Source: Patescibacteria group bacterium | GTDB taxonomy: Bacteria > Patescibacteriota > 4484-211 | Length of the DNA stretch: 36,835 nucleotides | Reading direction: 5' to 3' | NCBI GenBank assembly: GCA_018818265.1 | Contig: JAHISN010000057.1 | Location: 1-36,835 of the forward strand | Part shown: piece after piece, positions 8,949 to 16,258 of the stretch | How positions within the stretch are numbered: position 1 is the first letter of the stretch | How the letters are laid out: the number at the start of each line of letters is the position of its first letter | Program-made: the position numbers and the translations under genes | The notes under the pieces: model-generated | Seen by the model: the letters and a program-made list of their open reading frames with translations, nothing else | Database searches by the model: none | Told to the model about the DNA's origin: nothing

Positions 8949-9296
8949 CTACTCACGCACTTTATCCACTATTTTTCCAAACACACCACTATCGTGCACC
9001 GCAATCTTACTTAGTACTTTTCTGTCAAGTTCTATATTATTCTTCATTAACATATTAATAAACCTGGAGTAAGTCATACCGTGCTGACGGAGCGCCGCGT
9101 TCAGGCGGATAATCCACAATTTTCTGCAATTGCGTTTTCTTGTCCGACGATCCCGATAAGCATGGGACAAAGCATGCATAAGTCCTTCTTTGGCGCCTTT
9201 AATAGTATGACCACGATGCAAACGAAACCCTTTTGCCATCTCCATTATTTTTTTGTGTTTTCGACGGCGCTTAACACCGGTTTTTGTCCGTGGCAC
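8949..9296 (-). CDS. rplT: 50S ribosomal protein L20
   Basis: RRRKHKKIMEMAKGFR; AYRDRRTRKR..RKLWIIRLNAA; YSRFI..L...IELDRKVLS. Confidence 0.97.
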   Translation of the reverse strand: MPRTKTGVKRRRKHKKIMEMAKGFRLHRGHTIKGAKEGLMHALSHAYRDRRTRKRNCRKLWIIRLNAALRQHGMTYSRFINMLMKNNIELDRKVLSKIAVHDSGVFGKIVDKVRE

Positions 9297-9300
9297 GTTT

Positions 9301-9411
9301 CAAATTAAAAGTTAAAAGTCCAAAATTAAAAGTCAAATACCAAAATTTAGAACCGATAACTTTATTCGTTTTTAATTCTTTAATCTCAACTTTTTTAAGT
9401 TTTAACTTTTG
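9301..9411. repeat. Inverted AT-rich heptamer arrays between rpmI and rplT
   Basis: AATTAAA AGTTAAA AGTCCAA AATTAAA AGTCAAA facing TTTTAAT..TTTTAAG TTTTAAC TTTTGAC. Confidence 0.7.
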
Positions 9412-9419
9412 ACAGCTCT

Positions 9420-9620
9420 TCACCCATACGGCAATAACACTTTCAATCTCTTGGCATCTGGCTTACTCATATCTGTTAATCCTTTTTTACGCCTCTTTTT
9501 CTTGGCGCTTTGTTTAGTTTTGAGATGGGAAGTGTTAATATGCCCCATGCGAAGCTTTCCTTTCCCTCCCTTGCTGATTTTTATTCTCTTGGATAATCCC
9601 TTATGTGTTTTAAGTTTCAT
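9420..9620 (-). CDS. rpmI: 50S ribosomal protein L35
   Basis: KLKTHKGLSKRIKIS..GK; HLKTKQSAKKKRR; LLPY; infC-rpmI-rplT synteny. Confidence 0.95.
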   Translation of the reverse strand: MKLKTHKGLSKRIKISKGGKGKLRMGHINTSHLKTKQSAKKKRRKKGLTDMSKPDAKRLKVLLPYG

Positions 9621-9679
9621 AATTTCAGAAGACAGTTAACGCCTAAAAAGCTAACGAAGCTATTAGCTAAAAACTGCCC

Positions 9680-10219
9680 TCATCTCGGTCTAAGAACAAC
9701 AATCAATCGTTTCCCCTCAAACCACGGCGCTTTTTCCGGCTCAGCGACACCCTCTAAGGCTTTTAGCACGCCGGCAAGCTTTTCCTGCCCCAGAGACTTA
9801 TGAACAATTTCTCTCCCAATATAATGCACCACAAATTTAACACTGTTCCCTTCTTCAAGAAAGGCTTGCGCCTGATCAATTCTCATTTTTAGATCATGCT
9901 CAGCAATATTCGGCTTGAGTCTTAATTGCTTTAGCCCACCCTTCTTACTTTGGCGACCTCCGCGTTCCTTTTTTGTTTCTTCGTATAAAAACTTTTTAAA
10001 ATCCAAAACCTTTGCTATCGGCGGATCATTTTTTTGGTTAACCACCACCAAATCTAAGCCTTGGCCTTGTGCAATTTTAATAGCCTCATCCCGCGTCATT
10101 TTACCTAATCCCTTCCCCTCATCAGAAACAACAAACACCTCAGCCGCCTCTATATTAAAATTCGCGGGAAAAAACAATTTCTTCTTTCTTTTCGGTTTCT
10201 GTTTTCTTCTTCTTCCGAT
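9680..10219 (-). CDS. infC: Translation initiation factor IF-3 (probable non-canonical ATC start)
   Basis: NFNIEAAEVFVV; GLDLVVVN....PPIAKVLDFKKFLYE; PNIAEHDL; FLEEGNSVK; start inferred from promoter position. Confidence 0.93.
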   Translation of the reverse strand: MGRRRKQKPKRKKKLFFPANFNIEAAEVFVVSDEGKGLGKMTRDEAIKIAQGQGLDLVVVNQKNDPPIAKVLDFKKFLYEETKKERGGRQSKKGGLKQLRLKPNIAEHDLKMRIDQAQAFLEEGNSVKFVVHYIGREIVHKSLGQEKLAGVLKALEGVAEPEKAPWFEGKRLIVVLRPR

Positions 10220-10225
10220 TAGTGG

Positions 10226-10254
10226 ATTGTAACAGATGTTCGGCGGAGAGGCAA
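10226..10254 (-). promoter_or_regulatory. Sigma70 promoter for infC-rpmI-rplT
   Basis: TTGCCT-17 bp-TACAAT with an extended TG. Confidence 0.65.
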
Positions 10255-10325
10255 GGGTAGACACCAAACAGCCTCATTTGGGCCTCGACAGCAATCGCAA
10301 GGGTGGTGCGCTAGCAGACTAGTAC

Positions 10326-10359
10326 GGGTGCTGGCCTAAAGCTGGCACCCATTTTTTTT
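10326..10359 (+). terminator. Hairpin plus T-tract on the strand opposite the flanking genes
   Basis: GGGTGCTGGC-CTAAA-GCTGGCACCC-A-T8. Confidence 0.6.
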
Positions 10360-10401
10360 ACAGTAATTTCGGCTCCAGCGTCGTTTAGCAAATACGTTAC
10401 T

Positions 10402-12369
10402 CTACAAATCAAGGCTTTTGGCTTCAATTGTAGATTTTATTCTTTCCAGAAATTTATTCACGGTGATTTCACCAACCTTTTTCTCAGTTCTCAGACGGAC
10501 ATTAACTGTTCCACTTTCCTGCTCCTTCTTACCAACCACCAGCATATATGGGACCTTTTGGTTTTGTGCGTCGCGGATTTTGGCCTGCATCGTTTCGTTG
10601 CGACTATTAATTTCTACGCGAATATCCTCATCTTGAAGTTTATTCTTAATCTCTCGAGCATAATCATTTTGTTCTTCTGAAATAGGAATTATTTTAACCT
10701 GAAGAGGCGACAGCCAGACGGGAAAATTGCCTGCGTAAAACTCAATAAGGAAAGCAAAAAACCGTTCAAAAGAACCAATCAGGGCGCGATGAATAACAAA
10801 AGGTTGCTGCTTTTCTCCGTGGTCATCAATATAGGTCATACCAAACTTTCCCGGAAGATTAAAATCAATTTGAATTGTAGAGACACTTTCCTCTCGACCT
10901 AGGGGGTCAAGAGCTTGAACGTCCAGTTTTGGCCCATAAAAGGCAGCCTCCCCCATTTCTTCGTAATACTCAACTCCCGCCTGATCTAAAGCTTTCTTTA
11001 TAGTACTCTCGGCATGCTGCCAGTCTTTACTGGTACCGCAGAATTTGAATTTTTCCTTTTTCGGATCCCCTAGACCTAGCCGATATGTATAATTAGCAAA
11101 CCCAAGATCTTGGTAGAATTTTTGTAACATCTCAAAAACTTCTAAGAACTGGTCCATAAGCTGATCCGGTGTGCAAATAATATGGGCATCATTCTGAGTA
11201 AAGCCTCTTACACGAGCCAGGCCGCTCAGTACACCCGATTTTTCATATCGATAGACAGTGCCAAACTCTCCCAGTTTAAGTGGTAACTCACGGTAACTGT
11301 GCGGCTGGCTGTTATAGACGATTATACCCATGGGACAGTTCATTGGTTTTAAGTAATAAACTTCATCATCTATTTCCACTGGCGCGTACATCGAGTCTTT
11401 ATAAAAATCCAGGTGCCCGGAAGTGGCAAACAGAGTATCTTTTCCAATATGTGGGGTTAGTATATGCTCGTATCCATAGCTTCGCTCCAGCTTGAGCATA
11501 TAGTCTTCCAGCGTGCGGCGGATACGGTAACCATTGGGCAACCATACGGGCAAACCCGCTCCAATCTCAGGGTAAATACCATACAGACCTAACTGCTTAC
11601 CCAGAACACGGTGGTCACGCTTTTTGGCCTCCTCCTGCAACTTGAGATATTCAGCCAATTCTTTTTGAGAGGGAAAAGCGGTACCGTAGATGCGGGTGAG
11701 CATTTTGTTCTTTTCATCGCCCCGCCAGTAGGCGCCAGCTACGGAAAGTAGTTTGAAGGCTTTTATTTCACCAGTAGAGTTAACATGCGGGCCAGTACAG
11801 AGGTCTACAAATGGTTCGACGGGTTCACCACAAATGCCTTCAACAGGCTCAGGACAGGTCCCTTCGACCCCTTCGGCAAGCTCAGGGCAGGCGGGTTCGA
11901 TGGGTTGGACAGGCTCACCACGGGCAGGCTCACCGCAGGCAGGCTCGGGCCGGGCCGGGCAAGAAAAGGGACAGGTAGAACAGGTTTGGGTTTGAGAAAT
12001 TTTGCCCGCTTGCGGTGAGCTTGCCGAACCCGTCCAGTATACTGTTGGCTCGTCTCCCTTTTGGCGTATTTCATCTAACCATTCCTGCTTGTAGGGGTTA
12101 TTTTCGAAAAGTTCGCGGGCTTTGTCGAACGAGATTTCTTCGCGGGTAAAAGACAGATCAGCATCAATAATTTTTTGCATCTCCGCTTCTATTTTAGGAA
12201 AGTCCTCCTCGGAGACCTTATGGCTACCGGGGTCAAAATCAAAATAGAATCCATTTTCAATCGCCGGCCCCATAGCCATTTTAATCCCGGGAAAAAGCCT
12301 TAGCATAGCTTGAGTGAGGATATGTTCTGCTGAGTGACGGAGACTTTGGAGCTTATCTTCTTTCGGCAT
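10402..12369 (-). CDS. thrS: Threonine--tRNA ligase (no TGS domain; 72-aa insert)
   Basis: RHSAEH; FVDLCTGPHV; AYWRGD; KRDHR; LKPMNCP; RVRGFTQNDAH; AAFYGPKLD; IHRALIGSFERF. Confidence 0.97.
   Translation of the reverse strand: MPKEDKLQSLRHSAEHILTQAMLRLFPGIKMAMGPAIENGFYFDFDPGSHKVSEEDFPKIEAEMQKIIDADLSFTREEISFDKARELFENNPYKQEWLDEIRQKGDEPTVYWTGSASSPQAGKISQTQTCSTCPFSCPARPEPACGEPARGEPVQPIEPACPELAEGVEGTCPEPVEGICGEPVEPFVDLCTGPHVNSTGEIKAFKLLSVAGAYWRGDEKNKMLTRIYGTAFPSQKELAEYLKLQEEAKKRDHRVLGKQLGLYGIYPEIGAGLPVWLPNGYRIRRTLEDYMLKLERSYGYEHILTPHIGKDTLFATSGHLDFYKDSMYAPVEIDDEVYYLKPMNCPMGIIVYNSQPHSYRELPLKLGEFGTVYRYEKSGVLSGLARVRGFTQNDAHIICTPDQLMDQFLEVFEMLQKFYQDLGFANYTYRLGLGDPKKEKFKFCGTSKDWQHAESTIKKALDQAGVEYYEEMGEAAFYGPKLDVQALDPLGREESVSTIQIDFNLPGKFGMTYIDDHGEKQQPFVIHRALIGSFERFFAFLIEFYAGNFPVWLSPLQVKIIPISEEQNDYAREIKNKLQDEDIRVEINSRNETMQAKIRDAQNQKVPYMLVVGKKEQESGTVNVRLRTEKKVGEITVNKFLERIKSTIEAKSLDL
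11812..12027. repeat. Nested palindromic repeat cluster (TTCGrCArGCTCA family) in frame within thrS
   Basis: GGTTCGACGGGTTCACCAC, CCTTCAACAGGCTCAGG, CCCTTCGGCAAGCTCAGGG, CAGGCTCACC x2, and inverted GGTGAGCTTGCCGAACC. Confidence 0.85.
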
Positions 12370-12458
12370 AAGTAGTTAATCCGATTATGCCTTGATTATA
12401 CAAAAAACAGTCAAGCATGTCAGGTTTAGTTGTACTTTCGCGCCCGGAAGACGTCGGT

Positions 12459-13217
12459 TCACCCTTTTATGCGCGTAGTGATTTGCGGCTCACGGCGGCC
12501 AACAATAACGGTCTCCTCAAACATAGCGGAAAGACTGCCATCAGTTGTTATTGCAGTCCAACCATCTTCAAGAATTTTAACATCCGAACTCCCCTTGGTA
12601 TACATTACTTCTACAGCCAAACCCATACCTTCTTTTAGTTCGGGACCGGTATGCGGCGGACCCCAGCATGGAATCTCCGGAGGCTGGTGTAAATTGCGGC
12701 CCACTCCGTGACCAGTAAACATCCGCACAACACTGTAGCCGGCATCTTCCACCGTTGTTTGGATAACATGAGAAATATCACCAACATATTTGCCTTCAAT
12801 GCATTGACTAATGGCTTTGTTAAGCGCCATTTGGCCCGCCTCTAAAAATCTCTTTTCTTTTTGAGGTTCGTTGATAACAAAAGTGAGAGCAGTATCCGAA
12901 TAGAATCCCTCCGCAATACCCCCTAAATCAATAGTCAACAAGTCACCGGTTTTAAGACTCCGCGATCCGGGCATGGCATGAACTACTTCTTCATTAACAC
13001 AGGTTACCAATGTAAACGGATATCCTTGAAACCCCTTAAAAGCCGGCTTAGCACCATTTTCCAAAATAAAATTTTCTGCAAATTGATCCAATTCCCGAGT
13101 AGTTATTCCCAGCTGAGATTTTTGCGTAAGCAAAGTTTTTAACTCCGCAGCAATAGCCCCCGCGCGCATCATTTTAATTATTTCTTCTTGATTTAAGATA
13201 GGAATTTCTTCTTTCAT
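12459..13217 (-). CDS. map: Type I methionine aminopeptidase
   Basis: VNEEVVH, IDLG, SDTA, GHGVG..LHQ, AVEVM, FEET metal ligands; start at ATG 13217, 9 nt after TATAAT. Confidence 0.95.
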   Translation of the reverse strand: MKEEIPILNQEEIIKMMRAGAIAAELKTLLTQKSQLGITTRELDQFAENFILENGAKPAFKGFQGYPFTLVTCVNEEVVHAMPGSRSLKTGDLLTIDLGGIAEGFYSDTALTFVINEPQKEKRFLEAGQMALNKAISQCIEGKYVGDISHVIQTTVEDAGYSVVRMFTGHGVGRNLHQPPEIPCWGPPHTGPELKEGMGLAVEVMYTKGSSDVKILEDGWTAITTDGSLSAMFEETVIVGRREPQITTRIKG

Positions 13218-13334
13218 CGCAGAAACATTATACATCCCCTCAAAGACTACAGATGTTCACTTTAAAAAATGACGACCGCACTGACCCTGTCAGACGGAGT
13301 TACACTCACTGTACTGACAACATTTATGTTGTTA

Positions 13335-14552
13335 CTATCTTGATAACGCGCTGAAGCCCTGCCCGTCCGGCAGGCGGGGCGTCACTTCAGGACGTAGATA
13401 TTTATAGTCCGTGCGTGACCATCTCACCACATATTTCTTCAGCATCCCGCATGGTTGAAGATGATTTTTGAACCGGCGCAAACCGGGAAAACCAAGATCC
13501 TGTTCAAAGTTAATAAATTTGACTTTACCCTCCTTCGCAGAAAGCCCCGTCCGTAAGGGCGGGGATGAATGCGATGAGGGTAACCCTTCGTAGCTCGAAG
13601 AGCGTAGTAGGGTACGCTTCGGAGGGTTCCGCCCGACGAAGCATGTGGAGGAGCCACGGCTGTAAGGCCGTGGGGCTCCACTTGTAAACGAATCCGCGAG
13701 ACACCAAAACAAATATTCGGAAATCCCAGCAAACTTGGTATCCGTAGTAAAGTGATGAATCAAAAGAGTTTGTTGAGGAATTAATTCGACTACGGCAAAT
13801 GCTCGAATCTGTCCCTCCATTTCTACAGTACATAAAATCAATTCTAACTTATCCCAAAACAGAAAGAGTTTCTCCAGACCGGCATTATCCCTCTGCCAAC
13901 TTAGCACCATTTCATTTGAATCGAAGATCTTTTCGGCAGTAATTTGTTGCTGCAAATCCCAGCATTTTTCTATTAACGATTTTTCCTGGGGCGGCCTGCG
14001 GCCGCCCCCATAATTCCTATGAGGGCGACCCCCTTCGGGGGTCGCCCCCAAAAAGCACGTAATACCAGGTTTATACTTTCTACGACACAAATTAACTTTT
14101 CGCCGCACCGCGGCATACTTCCGACCCTTCAAATCAATAATCTCAGCCGCATCATAAAGATAATCGCTATTTGCTTCATCAGTGCTAATCTCGAATTGAC
14201 CTCTGTCTGCCAGCCGTTTCACCGTGATTCTGGGCAGAAACGATAGACAGTCCGTGCTCAGTTCCTCCTTAACATAAAGGAGCAGTTCTCTTGTTGATTT
14301 GTCAACCTGATTGACTCCTAGAAAACTAGCCAAATTCACCCCACTCACCGAATCTTGCATAACAACTACCATATTGCCATTGAGATTTGATACTTTAATC
14401 GTGTTGTTATCGTCCAGCCCAAATAAGCTGCTAAATTGAAAATCCGAATAGCTACTATTTAGCTGCGAATTAAATTCGTTGATAATTGCTCGGTGTTTTA
14501 GACCAAGCGGTTCAAAATTGGGAAATGGGGAAAGGAGTAGAGTAGAGGACAT
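13335..14552 (-). CDS. DUF2156 (LPG synthase C-terminal/GNAT-like) protein with repeat inserts
   Basis: YSDFQFSSLF; DYLYDAAEIIDLKGRKYAAVRRKVN; FINFEQDLGFPGLRRFK..LQP..MLKKY. Confidence 0.78.
   Translation of the reverse strand: MSSTLLLSPFPNFEPLGLKHRAIINEFNSQLNSSYSDFQFSSLFGLDDNNTIKVSNLNGNMVVVMQDSVSGVNLASFLGVNQVDKSTRELLLYVKEELSTDCLSFLPRITVKRLADRGQFEISTDEANSDYLYDAAEIIDLKGRKYAAVRRKVNLCRRKYKPGITCFLGATPEGGRPHRNYGGGRRPPQEKSLIEKCWDLQQQITAEKIFDSNEMVLSWQRDNAGLEKLFLFWDKLELILCTVEMEGQIRAFAVVELIPQQTLLIHHFTTDTKFAGISEYLFWCLADSFTSGAPRPYSRGSSTCFVGRNPPKRTLLRSSSYEGLPSSHSSPPLRTGLSAKEGKVKFINFEQDLGFPGLRRFKNHLQPCGMLKKYVVRWSRTDYKYLRPEVTPRLPDGQGFSALSR
13347..13378. repeat. Palindromic element CGCGCTGwAGCCCTGCC...CCGGCAGGCGGG, copy 2
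   Basis: Matches 2112-2143. Confidence 0.75.
13529..13680. mobile_element. ~150-bp non-autonomous double-hairpin element (IS200/IS605-end-like), inserted in frame
   Basis: Subterminal hairpins GCCCCGTCC-GTAA-GGGCGGGG and CCACGGC-TGTAAG-GCCGTGG; interrupts the DUF2156 domain just before the INxEQDLG motif. Confidence 0.55.
13988..14047. repeat. Two GC-rich palindromes in frame in the DUF2156 gene
   Basis: GGGGCGGCCTGCGGCCGCCCC and GGGCGACCCCC-TTC-GGGGGTCGCCC. Confidence 0.8.
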
Positions 14553-14635
14553 ATGTTTTGAATTTCAGTTCTCAGTTGACAGTTGTCAGCAAACATTATT
14601 TTTCTTCAAAATGGTAAATTGTCCAAACAGATTAA

Positions 14636-14656
14636 GGGGCGGCCTACGGCCGCCCC
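14636..14656. repeat. Intergenic copy GGGGCGGCCTACGGCCGCCCC (possible terminator)
   Basis: One mismatch to 13988-14008; lies downstream of a small minus-strand operon. Confidence 0.75.
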
Positions 14657-14686
14657 ATTTGGTTTCCCGTTTGTGTTTACCTTTCC

Positions 14687-14800
14687 TCATTCCTCGGACT
14701 CCGGATAGTTTCGGGCTACACGCTTAAGCCATTTTCCTATCAGCACGCATAGGACGAAATCCAATAAAAACAGGCCTATTACACACAAAATCACCAGCAT
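14687..14800 (-). CDS. 37-aa single-TM small protein (absent from ORF track)
   Basis: GAGGAG RBS, then MLVILCVIGLFLLDFVLCVLIGKWLKRVARNYPESEE*. Confidence 0.6.
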   Translation of the reverse strand: MLVILCVIGLFLLDFVLCVLIGKWLKRVARNYPESEE

Positions 14801-14827
14801 TTTACTCCTCTTTGATTTTCGAGGGAT

Positions 14828-15169
14828 TCACGACCCGAGGAGGTCAATAATCCTAAAGTGTTGAAGAAGTGAAAGTGCCATAGGAACCAGCCCCAGAAAA
14901 TAGCCGATCATTATCAAGACTCCGCCCAAAACGGCGAAAAGAACTACTTTGACGCTCACCGCCATCGCAAGTTTGGCAAAGCCCAACATGACTATAACAC
15001 CGCCAGTTAAGAACGCAAACCCAGAAATGAGCGTTAGTGCCAGTACCCAATTGGTCAACCCATTCGGCGAAATCGATGGGTAGATATGTGGGAAAACAAC
15101 ATAGCTCCCGCCGATCGAAAATGCAATCAGGCCTAACCCTGCAAAAAACCCTCTCACTTTGCGTTTCAC
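14828..15169 (-). CDS. Hypothetical 3-TM membrane protein
   Basis: GGAGGT RBS before GTG; three hydrophobic segments. Confidence 0.75.
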   Translation of the reverse strand: MKRKVRGFFAGLGLIAFSIGGSYVVFPHIYPSISPNGLTNWVLALTLISGFAFLTGGVIVMLGFAKLAMAVSVKVVLFAVLGGVLIMIGYFLGLVPMALSLLQHFRIIDLLGS

Positions 15170-15362
15170 TTTCCGTACCTCCCTAAACTAGTAATTTGAA
15201 CACATTTTCCCTGATTCTACAGCAGGTAAAGTGAAAAAGCAAATTTTCCAATCCGGAGCATCAATATCACGTCTCACAATATGATAAAATTCTAATCGGA
15301 TTGATATAAGTATCTTCCTTCTATTGCCGAAGTTGAGTTACAGCATTTAGTTTCCATAAAAT

Positions 15363-15626
15363 ATGTCTGTTGGCGGACGCTACCCCAAACCCGGAGAAGA
15401 AGTAAGAATTCTTCAGAAAACTGATTACCAATCTGGCAACCTGACTATTGGTATAGTTAAAGATGTTTTAACCAAAAAACGCACTCACTCACGTGGGCAT
15501 AAAGTGAGACTAACAAGCGGCATCATCGGCCGTGTCCAGAGTTTTTCGGACGATACCGACTCATCGCCTGAACCTCCAAAACCCGACCCTACCCCTGAGC
15601 CGCTTGATGAGTATGACTTGATTTAA
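15363..15626 (+). CDS. YwbE/DUF2196 family protein
   Basis: V.ILQKTDY.SGNLT.GIVKDVLT....HSRGHKVRLTSG.IGRVQ. Confidence 0.85.
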   Translation: MSVGGRYPKPGEEVRILQKTDYQSGNLTIGIVKDVLTKKRTHSRGHKVRLTSGIIGRVQSFSDDTDSSPEPPKPDPTPEPLDEYDLI

Positions 15627-15700
15627 TGAAACCTGTGATATAATCGCGGCTACGGTCCAAAATCGACCAAAAAATACTAAACCCTCGGAGGGAAAATCAA

Positions 15701-15850
15701 GTGAGGTGCGATGGTTGTGGAGCGAAGAAAAATGGGGCTCGTGTTCGTCCGATGTGGCTAAACATCAGCCAAGCCAAAGCTCTTAATCTGAAACCCAACA
15801 TGCGGCACCTTTTGTGCACGTTGTGCCGTAAAAGGGCAAAGAGTGTTTAA
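15701..15850 (+). CDS. 49-aa basic CxxC...CxxC zinc-finger small protein (absent from ORF track)
   Basis: TGaTATAAT at 15636-15644, GGAGG RBS, MRCDGCGAKKNGARVRPMWLNISQAKALNLKPNMRHLLCTLCRKRAKSV*, followed by a terminator. Confidence 0.7.
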   Translation: MRCDGCGAKKNGARVRPMWLNISQAKALNLKPNMRHLLCTLCRKRAKSV

Positions 15851-15876
15851 TAGGAACAACTATTCTTAACAAATCC

Positions 15877-15916
15877 GGTGCGCGCCGCGAACGCGGCGCG
15901 CACCCTTCTCTTTCTT
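15877..15916 (+). terminator. Intrinsic terminator
   Basis: GGTGCGCGCCGCG-AA-CGCGGCGCGCACC followed by CTTCTCTTTCTT. Confidence 0.65.
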
Positions 15917-15935
15917 GCCACAGTAAATCGCAAAT

Positions 15936-16137
15936 TTGACAATAGTCATGCTTTAGGCTATAAACACTAACAATGAATAATAACTTGAAACCAATTACAC
16001 CTTCTATCCTTTCCTGCTTTGTGCAGGGTAGTGCCGTGACAGAGGCAATTCCTTTCATGGAGGCTATCTCCATTTCTTCTACATAGCAATTTCTCATTTG
16101 TTTTTCCAGGTAAGCCTCCGACCTCGGAGGCTTTTTT
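15936..16137 (+). promoter_or_regulatory. Promoter, uORF and attenuator upstream of the MFS gene
   Basis: TTGACA-17-TATAAA; uORF 15973-16086; terminator AAGCCTCCGA-CC-TCGGAGGCTTTTTT at 16112-16137; GGAGGCT at 16059-16065 is complementary to the terminator 5' arm. Confidence 0.65.
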
Positions 16138-16258
16138 AGTTTTCCAAATTTCGGTTCTCCTACGGCGGTTTTCCTGGCACAACACAATACTGCGATTGTC
16201 ATTGGTTAGGTTGAGCCACGCACTTTAACATAATCTGAAAGATAAAAGGAGATATGTC

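Noticed and set aside
10298-10360. T-box riboswitch (AAGGGTGG plus terminator near thrS)
   Set aside because: Wrong strand and downstream of thrS; lacks the ACC of the T-box consensus and a recognisable stem I.
11812-12027. ThrRS insert as an intein or self-splicing intron
   Set aside because: Too short, no terminal His-Asn or intein blocks, no recognisable group I/II core; explained by DNA repeats.
15783-16202. 139-aa minus-strand ORF
   Set aside because: Overlaps better-supported + strand promoter, small ORF, terminators and attenuator.
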